From assembly GCF_004010195.1 (NCBI RefSeq), contig NC_057718.1:33966967-34008778 (forward strand): 41,812 nt of DNA. Direction: 5' to 3'. The position numbers and the translations under genes were made by a program. This DNA comes from Chiloscyllium plagiosum. Its lineage: Eukaryota. Below the pieces are notes generated by a model, which saw only the letters and a program-made list of their open reading frames with translations, made no database searches and was not told the origin of the DNA. Shown piece after piece: positions 13,190 to 23,099 of the stretch (position 1 is the stretch's first letter; each line of letters opens with the position of its first letter).

Positions 13190-14000
13190 GCCAGTGCCCA
13201 CCCTTCCATTTTCTCTTTTGTTGTGGGCTGGTTTCCTTCTGGAATGAGAGAGAGGCAGGTAATAGTGGAGAGGAAAATGGGTGGCACAGATGTCATTTTT
13301 GGTGAAGTTAGAGAGGTGTTCTGAGTGAGTGAGCAGGCACTGCAGATGGCAGACAGGGTTGGTGGTGTTGGGGGTTGGAGTAGGTTGCAGGCAATATTGG
13401 CAGTGAGCCTTGGTAGGAGGTGAATGGAATGAGTGTGAGGTTTTGGAGAGATGATGGTGGCATTTACACTCTAGCAGTGGGGAAGATCACTGAGCTTCCT
13501 ACATTGCTGTGCCTTCCTCCAAAAGACTGTGACTGCACTTACTCAATTGACAATTTCAGAAAGGGTATCATGGTCTGGTGTTGTGGCCTCCTCTGCTGAT
13601 CCTGGGAGAAATGGACCATCCAACAGGAACTCTAGTTCTCAACCAACAAAGTGGAATGCCAATTTCCCCTTTTATGTCTCCGGAAAATGTCAGAAAGCGG
13701 GTAGGACAACTCTTGTGCTTGACAGTGCTTTTTCAAGTGCGCGGCAGCCGTTTAAATATGAATGACTGTTCATTGTGGGATATCCCAGCAGTGGTCAGCT
13801 GTTCAATGTGCAGAAAGTGATATGATGAGGCGAGAGTAGTGCCATAGGTGTGAGGTAGGCAGTTAATGAGGTGAGTTTAGTAAGAGACAGTGAGAAAGCT
13901 CACTGGGCCCTGTGGAGAGTAACATTACATGAAACGCGATAAAATTGAAAGCCTAAAGCAGTAAAGTTTGGCACATTATTTGCGCCAGAATCCCAAAAAC
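13190..14000 (-). mobile_element. Harbinger/PIF-like DNA transposon remnant with decayed Myb/SANT-like accessory ORF
   Basis: Minus strand about 13675-13470 reads, with stops and shifts, KGKLAFHFVG*ELEFLLDG / QDQQRRPQHQT / SEIVN*VSAVTVFWRKAQQCRKLSDL, resembling the F..E...L / W..IA..V.A....R...QCRKK..DL Myb/SANT motif. Confidence 0.6.
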
Positions 14001-14383
14001 TGTAAAGCGTAGTGTAACTTTGCATTTTGTTAGGAAATACAGTGGAATCTGAGATACTTATCCCTCCACTTTTCCTGCTGTCTCCTGTTGGATTTATTTT
14101 AGATCTATAGTACCTCACTTAAGCAAATATTTTTCATGCATATTTACAATGTTCAACCACAAAGCATATCGCAGCTGAGCTCAACTCTGTTCTAACCAAA
14201 TCTTTGAACAAGTATGTATTTCACCAGGTGTCACTGAACAGCACCCAGGAGCGTAATTTTGAGGCTAATATTTTGCTTTTGGCTAAATTGAGATAGTGAA
14301 GCTAATTGCAGTATCCTAGCTGCTGCCCAAGCTAATATCAGCTAATGCAGCCATACTGGAGGTCTATGTTGCATTACCTAGAG

Positions 14384-14490
14384 CACATGGACTGCAGTTG
14401 TTCAAGAAGGCAGCTCACCACCACCCTCTCAAGGGCAACAAGGGATAGACAGTAGATATTGGCTCGCCAGAGATGCTCATGTCCCTTAGG
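14384..14490 (+). mobile_element. Old LINE/SINE 3' tail (family of 430-1230)
   Basis: ggactgcagttgttcaagaaggcagctcaccaccaccctctcaagggcaac. Confidence 0.65.
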
Positions 14491-15832
14491 AAAATGTTTA
14501 AAATGTGAAACAAATCCTTTGACCCAATAGAAAATAGGAACTTCATTTTTGCTATATTAATGGTGAGTGGGACAGAAGTCTCATATTGCCAAGGCATTTT
14601 TCCTGCTCAAAATAAACTGATTAGTACTCTCGTAGCAGATAGAAAATTGTCTTGCAAACAGACTAAACTTTCATGCACAAAATATTACCATCATTTTTAA
14701 GCTGTAGTTTGCTAGTAGGCAGCATGGGCCTTCCTCTTTCTAATCTACATCAAAAACTATTGATAATATAAATGTTTTGTTAATAATTTCACACCAAGCC
14801 CATTAAGTATTACATAAAAGAGTTCTGAAAGAAGGTGTATAGTTGAAAGGTTCTCTCTTGAGAGTGGGAAAGGAGAGACCATATGTGGCATTTGTGACAT
14901 TGATTGCAGACCTTAATGTCATTATTTCACATGATGAAAAACCTCATGCAGTTCACCAGAAATGCATCAGCTTTATTCCATTTTTAAAACAGTGCAGTGT
15001 TAGACTTATCCTCTTTGATTGCACAATTCTGGTAAATTTTCAAGCTGCATTAATCCATTTTAAGTAACAAACATCTCGGGATAACGGATAACAAGATGCC
15101 AGGCATTTTAGAATGTCTTGGAAGTATACATTACTTCAAATTTTAAAAATTGCAGGAAATTAAGGGAATTTCCTGATTAAGCATTTGACTATCTTGAATC
15201 GGTCTGCAGAAGAATTTATAACAAATTCTTTACTTCTTTACTGAAATCATGTGTTGGGTTTGATGCCACTTTTATGTGTAAAAGAATGCCTGAAACTTGA
15301 ATAATAAAGCAGGAGGGTAAAATTATCATATACTGTATTCACCAACAGTGTTTGCATAAAGCCAGGCCCTTCCTTGAATGTGTAGTTTCTTGCATACAGT
15401 GACTTAAAATATGAGAAAAACTAGAAGATTGTTAATGTATTTTCCAAGAATGTATTCAGTGATATCTTTAAAATTTGTCTTTATAATGTAATCATCTACA
15501 TTTCAGTGATTGCGTAGTCAACATGATCAATAAAACTTGATTCCAGTTAGAGTCTGATCATGCAGACTAGGGTATTATTAGCCTTCAATTATACAAAGAT
15601 ACTCCCCCTGTCAGGAATACCATTTCCTTGCCTTTGAAATGTTTCTTTTTGTAATATTCCAATGTTTTCTGTACTGTGTGCTGTTTCACTTTATCCAGGT
15701 ATTTCAGAAGCCTCACCTTAGTGCAAATGCATATCGCTAAACAAAAATACATCTGCAACTGTATTGAAATAAACATGCCAGGAAGAGATGAGACAGTCTT
15801 TGAAAGAGAAAACTTGGTAAAAGATTTGTGGA

Positions 15833-15996
15833 GATTAGATTGGTGCTGGAAAAGCACAGCAGGTCAGGTAGCATCTGAGGAGCAGGAAAGTCGACGTTTC
15901 GGGCAAAAGCCCTTCATCAGGAATGACTGCTGTGCTTATCCAGCAGCAGTCTAATCTTGACTCTAATCTCCAGCATCTGCAGTGCCCACTTCTGCC
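15833..15996. mobile_element. Short Penelope-derived inverted pLTR insertion with 15-bp TSD
   Basis: Flanked by identical taaaagatttgtgga (15818-15832 and 15997-16011). Left part is pLTR in minus orientation, right part pLTR in plus orientation, with 31-bp inverted arms (28/31 match). Confidence 0.88.
15889..15924 (-). ncRNA. Minimal type I hammerhead ribozyme motif (Penelope-associated)
   Basis: Minus strand: auuc CUGAUGA A GGGC UUUU GCCC GAAA C GUC gacu. Full catalytic core, 4-bp helix II, palindromic ACGU in place of a closed helix III. Confidence 0.8.
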
Positions 15997-16123
15997 TAAA
16001 AGATTTGTGGAACCTTCCATCAAACTCCACCTTTCTCTGCCAGAAATTACTGGGCTGCTACTCATTTCCATTTATTATTTTAAATTTGCCGTGCCATCTA
16101 GGAAGATGTAAATGTGCATGTGT

Positions 16124-16433
16124 TTAGACTGCCTACAGTATGGAAACAGGCCCTTCAGCCCAACAAGTCCACACTGACCCTCCGAAGAGTAACCCACCCA
16201 GACCCATTTCCCCTCTGACTAATGCACCTAACACTATGGGTAATTTAACATGGCCAATTCACCGGACCTGCACATCTTTGGACTGTGGGAGGAAACCAGA
16301 GCACCCAGAGGAAACTCACGCAGACACTGGGAGAATGTGCAAACTCCACACAGATAGCCACCCGAGGCTGGAATCAAATCTGGGACTCTGGTGCTGTGAG
16401 GCAGCAGTGCTAACCACTGAGCCACCGTGCCGC
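16124..16433 (-). mobile_element. HE1-type V-SINE, full length
   Basis: Reverse complement of the 7015 element; ORF-track signature DCGRKPEHPEETHADTGRMCKLHTD. Confidence 0.92.
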
Positions 16434-17054
16434 TCTGTTTGTGACAAAACTTTCAATTCAGTATGTTTGGACAAGTGTGCACAATTCTGAAGTTCAACAT
16501 TTACTAAATGCTCTCATCACGTTTTGCGTGTATTGTAAGTACGTATCTTTAAGATCTTAATTTGAAACTACAGTGTTTCAAACTGTTAAATGCACATTTG
16601 TATATAAGCAGTTATATAAGTACCAATTAATTAAAGAATAAATTGTGATTTATATGTGAGTACTTTGCCCTCATATCAAGTTCATTGGTTTACAGGCATG
16701 CTTTATATTCCTTTTGAGTAAATAGAATTTTCCACCAGCAAAACATCTCATTAATAAGACTAAGCTGAAATTCCTGTTTTCATTATTAATATTTTACCTA
16801 ATGTAAAAATACTTGTCAAAGGAAAAACAATGTGGTTGTAATTGGAACATCTGTCAACAAGAGCTTAATGACATAGGAGAAGAAGTCAGAAATCAGGAGA
16901 AGTTAACAAGCTATTTCTGGAGAACAAAACTTGCTTTAAAATGGAGTAAGTGCTGTTCACTCATCAATCCCATGTTGTAACCTACATTGGGTCCTGGCTC
17001 AGAAAAAGCTTAATTTAAAATCCTAATCTTTTTTTGAAATCTTTCCACAGCTTT

Positions 17055-17390
17055 GTATTATCCACATTGATCTCCACCTTGAAACTCCTTGCGAATCTCA
17101 GACGTCTCTAGCTTTTTCCCGTTCTGGCTATTGTGGATGGAACAACTTTTATCACTCATCCTTGTCTAAACCCTAAACTCTGGAATCATCTTTCAATTTA
17201 TTCTTATCCCCTCTCCAGCCTATTCCTCCTTTAGGATATTCCTTAAAGGCTACCTCTTTGACCAAGTTTTTTGCCGCCTGACTTAATATTTGTGTCTGTA
17301 ATGTGGTGTCAGATTTTGTTTAACAATGCTCCTATGAGATACCGTGAGGTGTTTAGTACATCAAAACACTATATATGAATGTTGGTTAAT
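17055..17390 (+). mobile_element. L2-like LINE 3' end, ancient
   Basis: ccctaaactctggaat (PKLWN), ccttaaaggctacctctttgaccaagtttt (LK.YLFDQ.F) and tail aatgctcctatgagataccgtgaggtgtttagtacatcaaaacactatata. Confidence 0.6.
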
Positions 17391-17419
17391 CTGCGTAGGA
17401 ACACCAATTATTAATTTAC

Positions 17420-17690
17420 AAGACAGAGATAGATGATGGAAGGGTGTTTCCCTTGGCCAGGTATCTAGAAACAGAGTATCAGATTAAGAGGCTGTTAATG
17501 AGGCAGAATTTCTTCACTTAGAGGATGGTGAATCTTTGGAATTGTTTGCCTTATTGACTATATTCAAGACCGAGATCAGTAGATTTCTAGATACTAAAGT
17601 TATTGAGGGATAGTACAGGAATATGCTGTTAAAGTATTAGATCAGCCTAGTTGAGTGGTAGTGCAAGCTCAAGGGATCCTGTATTCTTAA
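17420..17690 (+). mobile_element. Decayed CR1 3' end
   Basis: gtgtttcccttgg...tctagaa, aatttcttcacttagaggatggtgaatctttggaat, ttcaagaccgagatcagtagatttct. Confidence 0.7.
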
Positions 17691-18249
17691 TGTAAATGAG
17701 GAAAGCTGTATGACCAAACTGAAGCATTCTTGCAGTGTCTTCTCTTTGTTGTGGTCCCTTTAACTGAGTAAGAAGACATAAGGATTTTCAATGCCAGCTG
17801 TAGTCATAATTATGCCTCCAGCTTTAGCTCTGTGTTTAAGTTGAAAACATTTGCTTCCAAAGTTTAAAGGAGGCGCTAAGCCACATTCAGATAGATAGTT
17901 GATTTACTCAGTTAAATGTATAACTGGAATTACTTTTAAATCTAACCACCAGTTTTCAAATTCAAGACTTATTAACAACTGTATTCAGGAGAATTTAAGG
18001 AACTGAAACTGTTCGAAGTATGTAAAGCAACTTAGTTACTTGGAACTTTCAGAGAACAATAGCTAAGATCAGCTTAACTGTTGTAAAGTTTCATGAAGAT
18101 GAACCACAATTGAAAATTCATTGTGAAGCAGTAACTGAGCACATAGTTTTCAATCATTTCCTCAAGCAGCTTGTTTGTAGATTATCAACTGACAAATGTG
18201 AACATTTACTCATATTTTATTCAATAGTTTGAATCATTTAAGAAGATAC

Positions 18250-18598
18250 AAAGGAAAGAACTATTTGCCTTAGGCACCTCTCACGACCTCAGAATATCCA
18301 AAGCATTTCACAGTCAAATAGGTACTTTTACAGTGTGGTCACTGTTATCATGTAGATAAATGTCAGTCAATTTGCACACAGCAAAGTCTTGCAAAAAAAT
18401 TAGTATAATATTTGTATAATGCTCTATAGATAATAATTTAGGACTTAATGCTGACTAGGACACACATCTCTTCAAACAGTGGTAGAATATCTTTTACATA
18501 CACTGAAGAGGACAGACATGGCCTTACTCTTCTCTCAGTTCTGCACTATGGTGTCAATCTAGGTTACATGTTCAAGTCTGAGTGTAAACCTCTGTTGT
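18250..18598 (-). mobile_element. Deu-domain SINE (SacSINE1/AmnSINE1-like)
   Basis: cacgacctcagaatatccaaagcatttcacagtcaaataggtacttttacagtgtggtcactgtt...aatttgcacacagcaa matches the recalled reverse-strand AmnSINE1/SacSINE1 body and tail. Confidence 0.7.
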
Positions 18599-18740
18599 GC
18601 TATTTTACCACTTTTTGAAGATGTGAGAAAACCACTGTGAAGGCATACAAAAGACTCAGTAACTTCACAGTACCCATCTATGTCATAAACTATGCCAGCA
18701 CTTTTGTTTCCACTACTCTGACCAGAAGCATTTTGTAACC

Positions 18741-19068
18741 CTTGGCTCAGTATTAGCAAGTGGCCTGAGTCAGAAATTGTGACTTAAAGCCCCACAACAG
18801 AACTTGAGCAAATAAACCAAGTTGACCTTTCAGTATATTGCTGATCGATAACTACATTGCCAGAGGTGCCATTTTTAAAAATAAAACACTAAACCATGGT
18901 CCTAAATAATTTTTGTTGTTAATGTCTGCATGTTTGATAGTTAGTCAGCTGTGTGAAGGTTTGTGGCACATTTTGTCGAAAATAATCAGTGATTACTGCT
19001 GTGAAGTATTTCTTTGGCTCAGTCATTTAAGGCCAGAAAAGACACTATACAAATGCAAGTTCTTTCTT
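18741..19068 (+). mobile_element. Deu-domain SINE, plus-strand copy with internal deletion
   Basis: tRNA-like head tggctcagtattagca...ctgagtcagaa, cagaacttgagca, cagaggtgcc...taaaccatggtcc, tail cactatacaaatgcaagttctttc. Confidence 0.62.
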
Positions 19069-19089
19069 GCTTTGTGTGAAGATTAACAT

Positions 19090-19370
19090 TTTCCATAAAA
19101 GATGTAGCCCAGAAACAGTCACTTAATCCAATAAGACCATCTCGCTGTTTACAGTATACATCATTCAAGCCACTTCCCATCTTTCTTCATCTTGGTCAAT
19201 CAGTATAGTCATCCATACCCTTCGACTTTATTTGGATTCAACCACCCCTTGTATCAGCCATATTGTTTTCTCAATTACTTCTCTTCAGTAGCATGTTACA
19301 CATTCTCACAATCCTTTAGATCGTTTTATTTTGAATTCCCTATATGATATCTTGGAGCCTGAATCTTACA
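19090..19370 (-). mobile_element. Ancient CR1-like 3' tail
   Basis: Decayed ...cagaaacag...; aattacttctcttcagtagcatgttacacattctcaca resembles the reverse of a CR1 'VRMWNSL' region. Confidence 0.4.
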
Positions 19371-19409
19371 TTTTGTGACAAAGTCAGAGTTCGGTTGTGT
19401 TTTTTTTTG

Positions 19410-19900
19410 GAGGGCTTTCCGATGCGAGATCTAGCTGGTTTTCTTGTCATATTTTACCAAACTTGCCGAATTAATTATCTGCCTCACTCTTATGGTGTCT
19501 GTAATGTCTCACTCCAGCTCCATCTTACCATGTGCCATTCCATTCCCACAACAAATCACTAGTCAGCAGATATCCACCGAAAGACCGAAGTCTCTTGCAC
19601 CAGCGCCATGTTTGAAAGGCCATTGTGCACGTTGACAAATGTTGGCAATCTGGCAACATCATGACGCAACAGTCATAAAACTGCACTGCTCACAGCACAT
19701 TACAGACTTGACTGACACTTTCTCACTCTCAAAACATCATTCTCTCACCCTTGTAGTTGTTTAACCATCACACCACATATTTTACCAGTCTGTAGCTACA
19801 TATTGTATGAACAGTCTTGGATTCAGCACCATCCTGTCCCCAGTGCCCACTGTGCACCTACAGCTTGTCATTGTCCAGTAGGGAGCACCACTTACAGCCA
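19410..19900 (+). mobile_element. Second, internally deleted copy of the 13190-14000 Harbinger-like family
   Basis: ttttaccaaacttgccgaattaattatctgcctcactcttatgg aligns with the reverse complement of 13843-13890 (tcttactaaactcacctcattaactgcctacctcacacctatgg). Confidence 0.5.
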
Positions 19901-20007
19901 AGCAATAGGTCAAATGCAAACAATCAGTGAAAAGTGCCCTTTCCAAAATTAACTGTTTGCTTATCCCTGGTTTTTTTTAGGCATCTGTTTCCCAAATCCC
20001 CCCCCCA

Positions 20008-20008
<1 letters not shown>

Positions 20009-20038
<30 letters not shown>
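20009..20038. repeat. (CA)15 microsatellite preceded by a C9 run
   Basis: Direct reading. Confidence 0.98.
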
Positions 20039-20039
<1 letters not shown>

Positions 20040-20064
20040 CACCCTTACCAATTATTATATTACA

Positions 20065-20320
20065 GTGTTTTATAATATAGCCACTATTGCCTAGATACCT
20101 TTCTACTTCCTATATCTGCTCTGGTTCATTCCCCATCTCTAGATGCAGTTGTGAATCCTCCTTTGTTGGGTTCTTTCATATTGAGTCAGAAAGAATTCTT
20201 ATAGACATTGTAGAAACTCCATTCCCATACTCCCCTTTGCCTACCCATTTCTATCCAATAAGTTGTGAGGTAATTGAAATCCCCATCCTCTCCACCACCA
20301 TCACAGCACATTCTTCCCAC
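20065..20320 (-). mobile_element. CR1 endonuclease fragment, minus strand, decayed
   Basis: Minus-strand peptides GDFNYLTTYW, GMEFLQCL*EFFLTQY, LHLEMGNEPEQI*EV..YLGNSG. Confidence 0.6.
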
Positions 20321-20829
20321 CCCCACAACCCTGCACCAAATTTTCTTTCATTTAAATTAGCTGTGCCTTTTTCACAGACAGGGACCTCAAAAAATATAAA
20401 TATAGCAGGAACATTCAAAAGAGGAATTAGGAAAGCTAAATGAAGCCATGAAATATCTTAGGCAAAAAGGATTAAGGAAAATCTCAAGGCATTTTTGGGC
20501 ATATTTGAGGAGCAAGAGGATAGCTGTGGAAAGGGTAAGTCCACTCAAGGACAAAGGAGGAAATTTATGCATGGAGCCAGAGGAATTGTACAATGTCCTC
20601 AACAAATACTTTGCATTGGTATTCACAAAGGAGAAGGTCATGGTGGAGTCATGGGAGTGGTATGTTGATATTCGAGGGTATGTCAAGGTAAAAAAGGAGG
20701 ATATGTTGGGTGTTTTAAAAAACATTAAGGTAGGCAAGTCCCTGGGACCTGATAGGATCTATCCCAGAATGCTGTGGAAGGCAAGTGAGGAAATTGCTGG
20801 GGCCTTGTATGAAATCCTTATATTCTTTT

Positions 20830-21134
20830 TAGATTAGATTACATTACATTACAGTGTGGAAACAGGCCCTTCGGCCCAACAAGTCCACACTGACCCGCCG
20901 AAGCACAACCCATCCATACCCCTAACCTAACACTACGGGCAATTTAGCATGGCCAATTCACCTGACCTGCACATCTTTGGACTGTGGGAGGAAACCGGAG
21001 CACCCGGAGGAAACCCACGCAGACACAGGGAGAATGTGCAAACTCCACACAGTCAGTCGCCTGAGGTGGGAATTGAACCCGGGTCTCAGGCATTGTGAGG
21101 CAGCAGTGTTAACCACTGTGCCACCGTGCCACCC
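20830..21134 (-). mobile_element. HE1-type V-SINE nested in CR1 (subfamily with TAATG/TAATC tail)
   Basis: Full head-to-tail copy; interrupts CR1 between tattcttttt and cagaggagaggtcccagag. Confidence 0.92.
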
Positions 21135-21203
21135 ACGAGTCAGAGGAGAGGTCCCAGAGGGCTGGAGAAAAGCCATTTTTCCTTTGTTTAAGAAGGGCTG
21201 TAA

Positions 21204-21499
21204 AGATTAGATTAGATTCCCTACAGTGTGATTAGATTAGATTCCCTACAGGCCCAACCAGTCCACACAGACCCTCTGAAGAGTAACCCACCCGGACCCA
21301 TTTCCCCTCTGACTAACGCACCTAACACAATGAGCAATTTAACATGGCCAATTCACCTGACCTGTACATCTTTGGATTGTGGGAGGAAACCAGAGTACCC
21401 GGAGAAAACCCACACAGACAATTGCCCAAGGCTGGAATCGAACCTGGGACCCTAGTGCTATGAGGCAGCAGTGCTAACCACTGAGCCACCATGCCGCCC
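21204..21499 (-). mobile_element. HE1-type V-SINE nested in CR1, with duplicated 3' tail
   Basis: Interrupts CR1 between aagaagggctgtaa and agataatctaagaaattacaggcc; a 22-bp tail unit is present twice. Confidence 0.9.
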
Positions 21500-22150
21500 T
21501 TAGATAATCTAAGAAATTACAGGCCAGTGAGTCTTACGACAGTGGTCTGTAAATTATTGGAGAAGAATCTTGCAGACAGGATTTACTCACGTGGAAAAAT
21601 ATGGAGTTATTAACGATCAGCAGCATAGCTTTCTATGGGGAAGGTTGTGTGGGGAAACTTAATTGAGTTTTTTAGGAAGTGAAAGATGATCAATGAGGGC
21701 AAGGTGATAGATGTCTATATGGACTTTAGTGAGGCCTTTCGCATGGTCACTCATGGCAACTTGATAGAAAAGGAGAAGTCACATGGGATCCTCAGTGGGA
21801 TGGTAAGTTGGATACAGAACTGGCTTACCTAAAGAAGACAGAGTGTAGTGATGGATGGGTATTTCTCTGACTGGAGATTTGTAACCAGTGGTGATGTGCA
21901 GGGATCAGTGCTGGCTACCCCTGTTGCTTGTAATATGTATAAATGATTTGGAGGCGAATGTAGATGGCCTGTTTAGTATGGTTCCAGATAACACAAAGAT
22001 TGGGGGAGCTGCGGATAGTGAGGAGGATTGCCAGAATATACAGCAAGATTTAGATACGCTGAAGATTTGGGCAGAGAAATAGCAGATGAAGTTTAATCCA
22101 GACAAATGTGAGGTGATGCTTTTTGCAATGCAGGAGGGAAGTATACAGTA

Positions 22151-22310
22151 CAGAGGAGCCTCGATTATCTGAGCAACGTATGCAGAGAGTATTTTGACTA
22201 GATAATCGAATGTCGAATAGCACAGTTTAGACAAGCATTGGGATCTTGCAATCTTGTTCGGATATACCGAAATTTGGATAATTGACATTCAGATAATCAA
22301 GGTTCCTCTA
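22151..22310. mobile_element. Tc1/mariner (Tigger/pogo-like) MITE, 160 bp, TA TSD
   Basis: TA|cagaggagcctcgattatctga ... tcagataatcaaggttcctcta|TA: 22-bp TIR (19/22 match). Removal restores CR1 sequence gtatacagTAaatggcagaac. Confidence 0.88.
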
Positions 22311-23099
22311 TAAATGGCAGAACATTTAGAGCGTCAACATACAGAGGGACCTACGTGTACAGGTTCCTGAAAGTCGCAACACAAGTGGATAAACTGGTCA
22401 AGAACGCATATGGCTTTCTTGCCTTCATCAGTCGGGCATACAGTACAAAAATTGGAAAGTTATGTTGCAGCCCTATAGAACCTCAGTTAGGCCACATTTG
22501 GAATATTGTGTACAGTTCTGGTTGCCACCTACCTCAAGATGAGTATGTGGAGAATGTTCTGTTCATGTACAAGTTCCCGAAAGATGTGAAGGCTTTGGAG
22601 AGGGTACAGAAACAGTCTACCAGGATGTTGCATGGTTTGGAAGGTATTAATTATGAGGAGTGATTGGACAAACTTGATTTATTTTCACTTGAACATCAGA
22701 GGCTGATGGGGCAACCTGATAGAAGTTTGCAACATTATGAGAGGCATCGATAGATTGGACTGTTGAAATTTTTTTCTGAGGGTAGAAATGTCAATTACTT
22801 GGGGACATAGGTTTAAAGTAAAAGGGGGTAAGTTTAAAGGAGATGTGAGAGGCTGCTTTTTTACACAGAATGTGCTAAGTACCTGGAATGCACTGCCAGA
22901 GGAAGTAGTGCAGGCAGATAGAATAGTAACATTCAAGAGGTATCTTAACAGGTATATAAATCGACAGGGAATAGAGGGAAACAGACCTTGTAGAAGGAAA
23001 AGTTTTTTTTAGTTTGGAAAGGCATCATGTGTCGGCACAACCTTGGTTGGACGAAGGGCTTGTTCCTGTGTTATACTGTTCTTTGTTCTTTTTCTAGTT

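Larger units (their letters stand above)
20385..23092 (+). mobile_element. CR1 LINE (tether to 3' UTR) carrying nested insertions
   Basis: KSLGPDRIYPRML, GEVPEGWRKA.FPLFKKG, NYRPVSL, ICINDLE...PDNTKIGG, TWGHRFKVKGGKFKGDVRG, tail tgttctttgttct. Confidence 0.92.

Noticed and set aside
12613..13305. Long ORFs in the ORF track
   Set aside because: Artefacts of translating through the N gap.
16850..16950. Purine-rich exon-like stretch ending in gtaagt
   Set aside because: No proper acceptor, and the translation does not match the expected upstream THADA exon.
18053..18230. Open frame after ctttcag (RTIAKISLTVVKFHEDEPQLKIHCEAV...)
   Set aside because: No convincing donor site and no match to recalled THADA sequence.
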